From: Chiloscyllium plagiosum
Lineage: Eukaryota
Assembly: GCF_004010195.1 (NCBI RefSeq)
Contig: NC_057720.1
Span: forward strand, 13,006,932 to 13,030,458
DNA length: 23,527 nucleotides
Reading direction: 5' to 3'
Part shown: positions 11,490-20,943 of the stretch, piece by piece
How positions within the stretch are numbered: the stretch's first letter is position 1
Layout of the letters: every line of letters starts with the position of its first letter
Translations under genes and position numbers: made by a program
Notes under the pieces: generated by a model
The model's database searches: none
What the model was told of the DNA's origin: nothing
What the model saw: only the letters and a program-made list of their open reading frames with translations

Positions 11490-11900
11490 GACCTCTGCAG
11501 TGCTTTGATTAGACCAAACTTTGTATACTGTCCCAGGTCCAGGTCATTGAGAAGACATTTCAGACTCTTTGCACAGAGTACAGCCAATAGGAATGATTTC
11601 TGGTCTTGGAGCTGCCTGAGTTGTGAGGAGAGACTGGAGATATAGTTTCTTCAACCCTGAAATGATGTTGTGATGACGAGATCTAATGCTGACTTACAAG
11701 ATTGTGAGCAATGTGGAAAGGTTAAGTCTAGAAAAAAATAGTTTACAATGGGCTGTGAGGGCACAACTTTGAACCTGCGTAAGACAAATTTGAGTCTGTG
11801 ATTTCGGGGAGTTGACCTTAACATAGACTGATCAGCATTTGGCACAGTCTGACAGATGGATCCATTTAAAATCCAATTGGATGCTGCAGGGAGGGTCTAT
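11490..11900 (+). mobile_element. Ancient CR1 ORF2 3' fragment (probable continuation of 8285-8600)
   Basis: 'gctttgattagaccaaac..tactgt' (ALIRP..YC), 'ctgagttgtgaggagagactg' (LS.EERL) and 'tttaaaatccaattggat' (FKIQLD). Confidence 0.6.
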
Positions 11901-11959
11901 TTTTGTATGGCCAAGCTGTCTCTCTCCTTATTAATTTCTGATCAGTCAAATTAATCGGC

Positions 11960-12303
11960 CTTTTTTTAATTCATCCTCATGTGGGTGTCACTGAATGGGC
12001 CAGCATTTATTGCCCAGAGGCAGATGAGCATCAACCACATCACTGGGGGTCTGGAGTCACAAGTGGGCCAGACCAGGTAAGGTTGGCAGATTTTCTTTCC
12101 TGAAGGACATCAGTGAACCAGATGGGTTTTCCCAACAATTGACAATGGATTCATGGTCATTGTTAGGCACTTAATTCCAGACTGTTTTTATTGAATTCAA
12201 ATTCCACCATCTACTGCGGTGGGATTCGAACCTGGGTCCACAGAGCAGTAGCTGAGTTTCTGGATTAATAGTCTAATGATAATATCACTAGGCCATCACC
12301 TCC
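11960..12303 (-). mobile_element. Full-length tRNA-derived SINE (MetaSINE-like core, LINE-derived tail)
   Basis: Reverse complement has A box 'tggcctagtga', B box 'ggttcgaatcc', core 'ctggttcactgatgtccttcaggaaagaaaatctgccaaccttacctggtctggccc' and tail 'gggcaataaatgctggccc...cacccacat..aattaaaaaaa'. Confidence 0.88.
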
Positions 12304-13094
12304 TGTTAGATTCTGCTAAGCAACAAGTCAAGATGAAAGTACCACCAGCCTTTAAGGCCCAGCAGCCAAACAGCTCAAAAGCAAGATGAGGCAGAATATC
12401 CATATAGGTGCAAATGGAATGTCCACTTGGAGAGCAAGTGCACAGCTCTGAGGGGATCCCTGGGCTGGGAGTCTGTTCCTGTACCCAGCAACATTTCAAT
12501 CAGAGATGCTGGTGAGCACCAAAGTGCAGTCTGGAAATGCAGACGTGAACTGTAAGTGATTTGGAGATGTGTCATGATGAGGTGGTGAGGCTGGTACATA
12601 TCAGATGCCAATGTCCATGGACATGGGGCCCATGTGGTCACTGCCCATGAAGCATGCCCCGAGATTCTGGTGTTTGATCCAAAATGGAGGTTTGAAGAGC
12701 TAGCAATGAGCTGGTGTCACCAGATACTCACTCAGACTTCCAGGTCAAGAATTCTCGGCATTTAGTTTCTATCAAATTATTGAAGGATCAGGAGCCTGCA
12801 AATTAATGAGGTGAGGTTAGTTAGTAAAGAGGCTATTAATGAGTGCTAATCCTAAATAACAGGTCTCTTGCCATTACTCACAAGAATCTCAACTCACCGT
12901 CTTGGACTTAGTTGGAAAATGCAATTTACCAGTCTTGACTTTGAAAAAGGATTTGCTCCATATTTCACACAATTTCCCAACATTTCCCAAAGTCAGTCAG
13001 GGCCTAGAAAGATTACACCCTCATTTCTCATCAATATAAATTAAATTGTCAACCAGTGACAATGATTAGCAAGAATTGTGATGGCTCCAGTCAT

Positions 13095-14130
13095 TTTTTT
13101 TATACTTACATGGGATATGGACATCATTGTGTCAACCCAGCATTTTTTTGCCGATCTCTAGTTGAGAAGTGAATCATTTTCTTCAACCACTGCAGTCCTT
13201 GGAATGTAGATACATCCACTGTGCTGTTAGGGAGGGAATTCCTGTCTTTTGACCCAGCAACATTATCACAAAGTTGGTCCCTTTTTTTTCTAAAAGATGT
13301 TCCTTGGCTCAAGAATACACTGTCCTTGATATTTTTCAGAGGGGTAATAAACCTGGCTGGGCTCCAATCAGTCTGGTTTGGTACAGCGGTGAAAAGGATT
13401 TTGAGATGCCTTTTTTTATATGTAAACAGATGAGACTTCAGGCCAAAGTGGTCATGTTTTAGAGGTGACCTGTAGAATGAAATAGGAGTGGTCAGCTCTC
13501 TAGCTGAGCAGTTTAGTTCAGTCCAGAACTGGTTGGGAGTGCAACGTGAGCTATATGGAAACTCTCTCTCTCTCTTCCAACTTCAACCTGTAAGCATGTC
13601 TTCCATTTGTACTGGTTTTTAAAGGGGTTTGCTTATTGGGACTGTTGTGTATATTCGGAACAGCATACTTAAGTCTAGTTTGGATAGACTGAGTTCTGTA
13701 GGGGTTCTTTATTCTGTTCTTTGTGTTTCATTGTATAATTTTGTGAATAAATTTTTTGTCTATTTTAAACGTGGTAGTCAACCTTGCTAATTTAATCCGG
13801 GTAATTTTCACTGTAGACTTACCAAAACAAATTGCAAAGTTATGGTCTGGGCTGCCTGCTTAAGAATGTTTTGAGTGGTCTGGCCTAGTCCATAACAACA
13901 TTGATGGAAAGACGATATACTTCCAAGACCTGGAGGGGAACTTGCAGGCAGCAATCCCTGTAAGACCCATGCATGGCAGATACTTCCAGAACCAGATGTC
14001 TATGCCATGATTGACATGGACAGAACATCAGAGTGAACACAGCTGTGTAGCTTCAAGAAAATATTGCTTGTGGGTGGTGGTGTCCCATGTATTTCCCTTG
14101 TCCTTCTAGATAGAAGTGGTTGTGAGTTTG
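13095..14130 (-). mobile_element. LINE 3' end (same family as 18510-19925), split by a solo LTR and a ~120-bp insert
   Basis: 'ttcttcaaccactgcagtcc...gtgctgttagggagggaattcc..tttgacccagcaacat | tgatggaaagacgatatacttccaag..ggaggggaacttgcagg | gtggtggtgtcccatgt..ccttgtccttctag' is collinear with 18560-18800. Confidence 0.8.
13264..13897 (+). mobile_element. Solo LTR (634 bp) with 4-bp TSD ACAT
   Basis: Termini TATCAC (probably mutated TGTCAC) and ATAACA; ACAT at 13260-13263 and 13898-13901; AATAAA near 13746; the host LINE resumes exactly. Confidence 0.8.
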
Positions 14131-14132
14131 GT

Positions 14133-14190
14133 TGTTCTGAGGAAGGATCACCAGACTCAAAACATTAACCCTGATTTCTCTTCACAGATG
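14133..14190 (+). mobile_element. Penelope-like terminal fragment with degenerate hammerhead motif
   Basis: 'gttCTGAGGAaggatcaccagactcAAAAcattaaccctgatttctcttcacagatgc'. Confidence 0.6.
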
Positions 14191-14258
14191 CATTAAATAG
14201 TTAGTGCTTGAAATTGTAGTTTTTGTCACTCTTCACAACCACCTGAGTCGATATATTT

Positions 14259-15240
14259 TGTGATGAAGGTGTAGAGGTCCTGTACCTTTAAGAGAATTGA
14301 AAAGCTAGTAAGGCCTACCTGACACAACACAAAGTGTTCTGAACAAGGTAACAATGTAACATTTGGTTGAAATAGCTAGCAGCAGGTGGGTTACCATGAG
14401 ACAAAAACAAATCCAAATTTGGTCAATCAGTTAAGATACCAAAATCCAATCAAGTTTGAATTTAGTATTTCAATAATATTAAAACCAAAGAAATGATCCA
14501 ATGTTTTGGGGTATAAAACCGGACGTTTTTGAACATTTGAGAGAGAACTGCCAAAAGACCAAGACAGGCTGCTAGCTCAAGAGCTCTCTGTTTGATTAGA
14601 TTACCTACACTATGGAAACAGGTCCTTCAGCCCAACAAGTCCACACCAGCCTTCCAAAGAGTAACCCACCCAAACCCATTCCATTACCTCTGACTAATGC
14701 ACCTACCACTATGGGCAATTGAGCATGGCCATTTCACCTGGCCTGCACAGTTTGGACTGTGGCAGGAAACCCATGCAGACACAGGGAGAGTGTGCAAACT
14801 CCACACAGAGAGTCACCTGAGACAGGAATTGAACCCAGATCCCTGGCGCTGTGAGACTGCAGTGCTAACCACTGAGCCACCATGCCACCCCACCTGCACC
14901 ACTGAACATCAAAACCAACCTGGAGAGAATCTACAAAGGTGATTCAGCAAAGCTGACTGGTTTTGAAATGTGATTTTTCTTTCGTAAATCGTAATTGGGT
15001 TTTTTTTTATCGGACTAGCATTGCAGAGTGGGAGGTGAAAGGTAGGTTTATGAGAAAGGAGTTGTAAAAAGTTGTTAGTTTTAATATTGTCTGTTGGACT
15101 TAAAGAATAATGTTGTTCATTTTTTCTTTAAATATTTACCTCTTTGCCTCTCAAATTTTAACAGATTACAGCACCGGGCTGAATCTTTTCTGCGTTGCTG
15201 GTTTAAATTAGCAGAGGGGTTTACACCCTGTGTCATAACA
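14259..15240 (+). mobile_element. Solo LTR (about 680 bp plus a nested HE1 SINE) with 4-bp TSD ATTT
   Basis: Termini TGTGATGA and TCATAACA form an imperfect inverted repeat; ATTT at 14255-14258 and 15241-15244; TATA box 'gtataaaa' near 14511. Confidence 0.85.
14594..14890 (-). mobile_element. Older HE1-subfamily SINE inside the solo LTR
   Basis: 'attagattacctacactatggaaacaggtccttcagcccaacaagtccacac' through 'gcagtgctaaccactgagccaccatgccaccc'. Confidence 0.9.
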
Positions 15241-15631
15241 ATTTCATGTTGAGAAATACTGTGCATATTAATGGGATTGTAAACTTCCATCCCTCTCAGG
15301 CATTTAAAGCATTGAATCCTTTCTTGTTTTATCAAACTGCCATAACTTTTAGTTTCTTCTTGTGGATTCTCCATTGAGCTCTGTCATGGGAGCATCAGCA
15401 CTAGATTGAATCATGACAGGAGAAGAAGGGGTTTCACCATCAGCACGTCACATTGAGCGATCCTTCAGAATGAGCTACCCCTGAAACTCATGATAATCTA
15501 TGAGCTTGTGAACAGTCACAAGCTTCTCTATACAAGCATGATTTCAGCCTCAACATTGCTTATCATTTCGTCAACAGCCACCACTGTTATGAGAATCTAA
15601 AGAATCACCTAAAAATTCCAGACATGGTTGC

Positions 15632-15857
15632 TGAAATAATTCTATGGAGGCCAGTATCCCATTACCAAGTCCCCCTTCGTTGAGATTCTTTGACATTGAT
15701 CCAGCTCCCTCAAAGAAAGCTCTCAGAGTGAACAGGACCTCTGACACTCCTGTCTATCTGTCAGCCAGGGCTCCCTGATTGGACCAGGTGAACAGCCTCA
15801 ATCAGGGAACTCATATTCTATGGCGTCCACCTGGCTGACCTTGTTACAATCACTAGA
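15632..15857 (-). mobile_element. Short solo LTR (226 bp) with 5-bp TSD GT(T/A)GC
   Basis: Termini TGAAAT and CACTAGA (probably mutated CACTACA); GTTGC at 15627-15631 and GTAGC at 15858-15862; internal inverted CCAAT-type motifs 'ctccctgattgg...tcaatcagggaac'. Confidence 0.7.
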
Positions 15858-15947
15858 GTAGCGAGATGCTTTATTTTAGGGTTCGCTGACTTCTTAAAGA
15901 TGAAGACTACACTCAATCACAAACGGGATTGACATTTCACATCAGAG

Positions 15948-15998
15948 GTGTTGGATGCTGCCTGAATTGCTGTGCTCTTCCAGCACCACTGATCCAGA
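15948..15998 (+). mobile_element. 51-nt retroposed fragment (Penelope-like terminus) with 14-bp TSD
   Basis: ATTTCACATCAGAG at 15934-15947 and 15999-16012 flanks 'gtgttggatgctgcctgaattgctgtgctcttccagcaccactgatccaga'. Confidence 0.75.
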
Positions 15999-16614
15999 AT
16001 TTCACATCAGAGACCAATTTATTTAGTTCTATTCAAAGGAGGCAGCTGGAATAGGAGCTGAGAGTTCCTAGGCACTTATCTCCAAGAGCCCTTTATATTT
16101 CTCACTCTCTCAACAATAGTAGCAATGAACTGTTGATTGTTGCCATGCCTTTAGCGGTCAGGCTGAGCAGATTACATTGTCATCCATTGCATATTGTTAT
16201 TCTAAGTAGAGACTGCACCTTTGATTCCAGAGCCGCATATGGCTCTGTATTGTCACGTTTATACTTCAAGTCTTTTCTATTTCGATCACATTAACATGAA
16301 AAATGTCAAGAAATGCGAGCCATGATAAGTAGGGCTTGTGGCAATAAAATATTAATCATTATGCTGCACTTTACAGTTTCAAACGATCACTTGAAAAAAT
16401 ATCATCTTGTTGAAGATAAACTTGTTTGAGCAGCATAGTGACACTATATTTAAAAATGATTCTTTCTTTCTCAAGGGGAATCCATTGTGATTGCAACCAT
16501 TTTTTTTTCTTCTATTCTTACAGGATGACAAATTATTCTGATTGTGCTGTTTAAAAAAATGTTCTTTCATGAAAGCAAAAATGGAAGTCTGAAAGTTAAA
16601 AAAAGAGAGAGCAA

Positions 16615-16810
16615 CTGCAGGAGAAATTTCTCAGGTCTAGCAGCACCTGTGGAGAGAGAGAAACAGAGTTAATGTTTCCAGTTTGATATGACCTGTTCGG
16701 GACCTAAAGGGGCTGGAAATGTTTTATGCTGAAAAGAAAAGGTGGATGGGGAAGGAGTGAATAGAACAGATGATGAAGGTGCCCAGTATGGAAGGCAAAA
16801 GGAGTGCTAA
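16615..16810 (-). mobile_element. Penelope-like terminal fragment, decayed
   Basis: 'caggtctagcagcacctgtggagagagagaaacagagttaatgtttccagtttgatatgacc' is homologous to 4340-4400. Confidence 0.6.
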
Positions 16811-16892
16811 TGGTGGGAAAGTAGTGATAGAGATTTAAAATAGGCGTTAATCTTTGTTTTGAATAAGATAAAAAAGATCAGCTAAAAACAAA

Positions 16893-17040
16893 GTCATGGC
16901 TCTCTAATCATTTGAACTTAATGCTGATCTCCTGCCTTTTCCTCATAACCCTGCACTTGCTTCTATTTAAATAATCATTCTTTCAGAAGCCTCAATTAAA
17001 TGTGCCTCCCCCACCCTTCCAGGTCGTAAATTTCACGTAT
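16893..17040 (-). mobile_element. Old CR1 3' fragment
   Basis: 'ctcctgccttttcctcataaccctg' and 'gcctcccccacccttccagg' are typical reverse-complement CR1 ORF2 end sequences. Confidence 0.55.
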
Positions 17041-17283
17041 TCCATATCAAATATGGTAAATTAAAATGCAACCACTTGCTCAAAGCATGCCTGTTTAATA
17101 TGTGTAAAGAAAATGTAAGAGATTTCTTAGGAAGGGAGACAAGTAGTCAAAAGGACGGAGGAGCAGAAGGTACATGGAAAGATAGTTGTGAGGTGAGTGT
17201 CATCAGAGGAGAAAGTTGTGGAGTATAGATGCACACACAGACTAACTGGTGCTAGCAGCCTGTTTTACTGCTTTTATTCTGGG

Positions 17284-17495
17284 TTGGTTAGTTTAGTTGG
17301 CTGGATGGCTGATTTGTAATGTAAGATAATGCTATCAGCATGGCCTTGATTCTGTTGTAGCTGAGGTTACCATGAAGAACTCTCTTTCTCAACCTCTCCC
17401 CTCAGCTGAGGTGTCGTGACCCTTAGGTTAAAGCACTAATAGTTGAATTGGGCCAATGAGGGAAGAGCTCTATGGTCAGGTATGGTTGCTTTGAT
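17284..17495 (+). mobile_element. tRNA-derived SINE (family of 7655-8086), diverged
   Basis: 'ggttagtttagttggctggatggctg...agctgaggttaccatgaagaactctctttctcaacctc...gacccttaggttaaagcact'. Confidence 0.65.
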
Positions 17496-17974
17496 GTTAA
17501 CTTTCCGTATTGATATGGTTGCGACAGAGGCAAAGCCACACCATCGTCTTTGCAGAGCAAATAGAAATAGGGATAAAGGCAGTCATGCTCATGATCCAAT
17601 GGAGATGTGAGAACATTTGAACAGACCCTGAATTATTCACAAATAACCTCTTATGGCTGGGAAGCCAGGCTGATTTCCAACCTGTCCAGCCTCTGTGTAA
17701 GGGGAGGGAGGAAAAAACCCTTGCTCCCATAAACTGGAAAATACTGCAAAGGCCAACAGAGGTCCACATCCCACTGATGGCAAGGACTGAATCTGGTAAG
17801 TCTTTTTCCCCAGTATGTAATCATTGATAAAATCTTTAAAAGTCCATTGGATGACCCTTCAAAATTGACAATACATAAGTGCAAAATTAACCAATTTCTT
17901 TTAATAAGGGGCATGTTATTCACTATATGTACAATTACAGTTATTCTTTACAAAACATGATATGTCAGATATAT

Positions 17975-18125
17975 AGTCCCTGGGTTTGTATGCAGTTTCT
18001 AGTCTCTCAGTGTACTGTGGTGGGAGAGCTTTTCCCCCTCAATGCAGTTTTGCAGCAGCTGCCCCAAAGCTTCAGTGGTTTATCCATGTGAAGTTTGAAA
18101 TACACCAGTCTGAGCACTCAGAGGG
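17975..18125 (-). mobile_element. Possible Tx1/L1-like LINE 3' fragment
   Basis: Reverse complement 'cactgaagctttggggcagctgctgcaaaa' resembles the LKLGAAAAK C-terminus of shark Tx1-like ORF2. From recall only. Confidence 0.4.
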
Positions 18126-18147
18126 GGACCTATCTCTCTTCAAAGCC

Positions 18148-18313
18148 TTGGCTATAAATTCTGAGTCTTGCAATCTTATACTCCATAACCAACTGACGAA
18201 GGAGCAGCGCTTCGAAGGCTAGTGCTTCCAAATAAACCTGTTGGATTATAACCTGGTGTTGTGTGATTTTTAACTATGTACACCCCAGTCCAACACTGGC
18301 ATCTCCAAATCAT
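18148..18313 (+). mobile_element. Penelope-like element terminal repeat with minimal hammerhead motif (second family)
   Basis: CTGACGA (18193-18199)-A-GGAGC-agc-GCTTC-GAAG-GCTA-gtgctt, then AATAAA and 'cctgttggattataacctggtgttgtgtgatttt'. Confidence 0.75.
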
Positions 18314-19207
18314 CTCTCCAGACCCTTGGCTTTTATGTTTGGTGCCTACTGTTTCTGCTCCTTCTCACACTTTGATTGTGTCAGCATCACCGAGTATATT
18401 GATATGAATCAATCCAGAAGGTGATCATTGATGATGTTGATTGAGGGATTGATGTTAGCCTAATATTGGGGCCAGCTCTTTCTCTTCTTCAAAACTCTGG
18501 AATGTTTTATATTTTTAAAAATGTCATGAATGGATTGTTGGAGTTGCTGGTGGGCCAGCACTTACTGCCCATCTCTAATTGCCCTTGAAAAGGTGGTAGT
18601 AAGTTGATTCCTAAGCTACTGCAGTGCACGTAGTAAAATGCAAACAAAGGTGCTGTTACGAAGGGAGTTCCATGATTCTGACCCAGCAATGCTAAAGTTA
18701 TAGCAATATAGTTCCATGCCAGAGGGTGAATGTATTGGAGGGCAACTTGCAAGTCATAGTGTTCCCATCTGCTGCCCTAGTCATTCTGAGCATTAGTGGC
18801 TTTAGATCTGAAAGATCTTGATAAAGGAGCCTCGGTGAGTTGCTGCCATGTATCTTGTAGATGGTACACAATGCTGCTTTTGGGCATTGAAGGGAGTGAA
18901 TACTGAACATTGTGGATTGGGTGCCAAACAAGCAGGCTACTTTGGATGGCCCATATGGATGTATACTGCTCATCCAGTTCAGTTTCTGGTTAGTGATAAC
19001 CCTGAGGAAGTTAATAGTAAGCAATCCAGTGATGGTAATGCTATTGAATGTCAAGAGGTAAGGGTTCTCTCTTGGTGGAGATGGTCATTGTTGATACTTA
19101 CGTGGCACAAATGTTACTTACCATTTTTCAGCCTCAACCTAGGTGTTATCCCAGTCTTGGTCCATTTGAACATGGACTACTTCAGTAACTGAGGAGTTGT
19201 GAATGGT

Positions 19208-19518
19208 TTTAGATTACTTACAGTGTGGAAACAGGCCCTTCGGCCCAACAAGTCCACATCGACCCGCCGAAGCGCAACCCACCCATACCCCTACATTTAC
19301 CCCTTACCTAACACTACGGGCAATTTAGCATGGCCAATTCACCTGACCTGCACATCTTTGGACTGTGGGAGGAAACCGGAGCACCCGGAGGAAACCCACG
19401 CAGACACGGGGAGAACGTGCAAACTCCACACAGTCAGTCGCCTGAGGCGGGAATTGAACCCGGGTCTCTGGCGCTGTGAGGCAGCAGTGCTAACCACTGT
19501 GCCACCGTGGCGCCCACT
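19208..19518 (-). mobile_element. Young full-length HE1 SINE with 6-bp TSD AATGGT
   Basis: Intact A and B boxes, CpGs retained; AATGGT at 19202-19207 and 19519-19524. Confidence 0.97.
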
Positions 19519-19740
19519 AATGGTCCTGAACATTGTGCAATTATTGGTGAACATTCCCATTTCTGGCCTTATACTGGAGGACAGGTCATTGATGAACTAA
19601 CTGAAGATGTTTGGGCTGAGGAAACTACCCTGAGGAACTCCTGCAGAGATGTCCTGGAGCTGAGATCTAACAATCACAACCATCTTCCTATGTGCCAAGT
19701 ATGACTCCAATCAGCAGTGAGCTTTCCCACTGATGCATCA

Positions 19741-19790
19741 AACATAGAACATAGAAAAGTACAGCACAGAACAGGCCCTTCGGTCCATGA
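19741..19790 (-). mobile_element. Extremely 5'-truncated CR1 tail
   Basis: 'aacatagaacatagaaaagtacagcacagaacaggcccttcggtcc' is the reverse complement of the CR1 3' stem-loop plus (TTCTATG)n. Confidence 0.75.
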
Positions 19791-20943
19791 TATCCATTGA
19801 CTCCAGTTTTGCTAGGGCTCCTTGATGTCACATTCGGTCGAGCAGTTATTCTCACATCATCTCTGCAGTTCAGCTCCTTTGTCCATATTTGGACCAAAGC
19901 TATAATGAGATTAGGAGCCAAGTCAACCTCAGCAGAACCTTGGTTTAAGGTCTCATTTTCTAAACTGCAGCCCAGCAATATCACACTCCCTTGTACTGCC
20001 CTGAAGTGTCAGGCTTGTTATTTACACATTCAAAGCTTGATTTGGGACTTCAAACCCAGGACCTTGTGGCTCAAAGGTAAGTGTAGTGCCCATTAGCCTA
20101 CAGCTGACATAACTTCCTCTGTATAAGACTTTTATTCATAATTCTACACAATATTTCTGTAATTCAAGTTTTCTATATGTGTGCAGATATAAATACACAC
20201 AAATATCAAATATCCTTTTGCCATCTACATGCTCAATTCTAGAAAAAGGCTCAGTTACAGGATCTGCCCTTTGTACTGTCCATTATGATTGTCTATTACC
20301 ATCCAGTAACTTTCTAATTCTACATTCATGATAAGACTTGCTCTCCAGTTACCCTGGCCAATACTAGATATTAATTGATCATTTATCTAATTATTTAATA
20401 TCGATGAGGTCATGTTAAGTGAAAAATGGCTGCTTCATTTCTCTAGAATTCAATAATTTATTGTATCTTAAATGTTATGGCTCATAGTCATTATATATTT
20501 AAGAGACATGCTGATGATATCATCTCTGCATCGTGGCATGTGATCTAAGGATATAAAAATCTCAGACCCGATCTTAACTTGGCCTACCTGAAACATGAAA
20601 GTATACACCTCAGTGTAACCAAATAGCCTAATTCTAGCCCAGATGCTTCTGTATCTCCACATTTAGATTCATAGAAGGACAATATAAGCATTGCTGCATC
20701 AGGGTAAAGATACTCTGCTAGAGGTGTCATGGCTTGCAGCAGTGACCATCTATACATAAAAAAAGATTTTAAGGACTTGGTGGTAGATATTTGGCAACCT
20801 TATTGAAGATCAATAAGACTCAGGGTGAGTCATCAAATAATTTTGATAATCAGCAGAATCAGCTTCTGTGATTTCAGATCTATGGGCAAACACAGTTACT
20901 TTCTGTTTTAGTAGATTTTGGTAATTTAATATCATATGACGGA

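Larger units (their letters stand above)
18510..19925 (-). mobile_element. Decayed CR1-group LINE (RT to 3' end)
   Basis: Peptides 'IIALVQIWTKELNCRDDVRITA', 'MGMFTNNCTMF' (FADDCT-like), 'LRVITNQKLNW' and 'CTIYKIHGSNSPRLL'; the 3' UTR reverse complement is 'gggcagtaagtgctggccc'. Confidence 0.85.
18415..20110 (-). mobile_element. SacSINE1/DeuSINE-like element split by a LINE (pieces ~18415-18510 and ~19925-20110)
   Basis: Deu-like 'tgatgttgattgagggattgatgttagcc..tcttcttcaaaa' and head 'gtactgccctgaagtgtcaggct..gggacttcaaacccaggaccttgtggctcaaaggtaagtgt..cagctgaca'. Confidence 0.55.

Noticed and set aside
12380..13020. Possible Harbinger/PIF-type non-autonomous DNA transposon ending 'gattacaccc'
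   Set aside because: I could not find a convincing matching left terminal inverted repeat or TSD.
19199..19600. Recurrent peptide 'CTSLDCGRKPEHPEETHADTGRTCKLHT' (also at 3227, 7734 and 14697)
   Set aside because: It is the antisense translation of the HE1 SINE, not a gene family.
20335..20450. Possible Deu-domain SINE remnant ('ccctggccaata...aaatggctgcttcatttc')
   Set aside because: Too diverged to support as a feature without an alignment.
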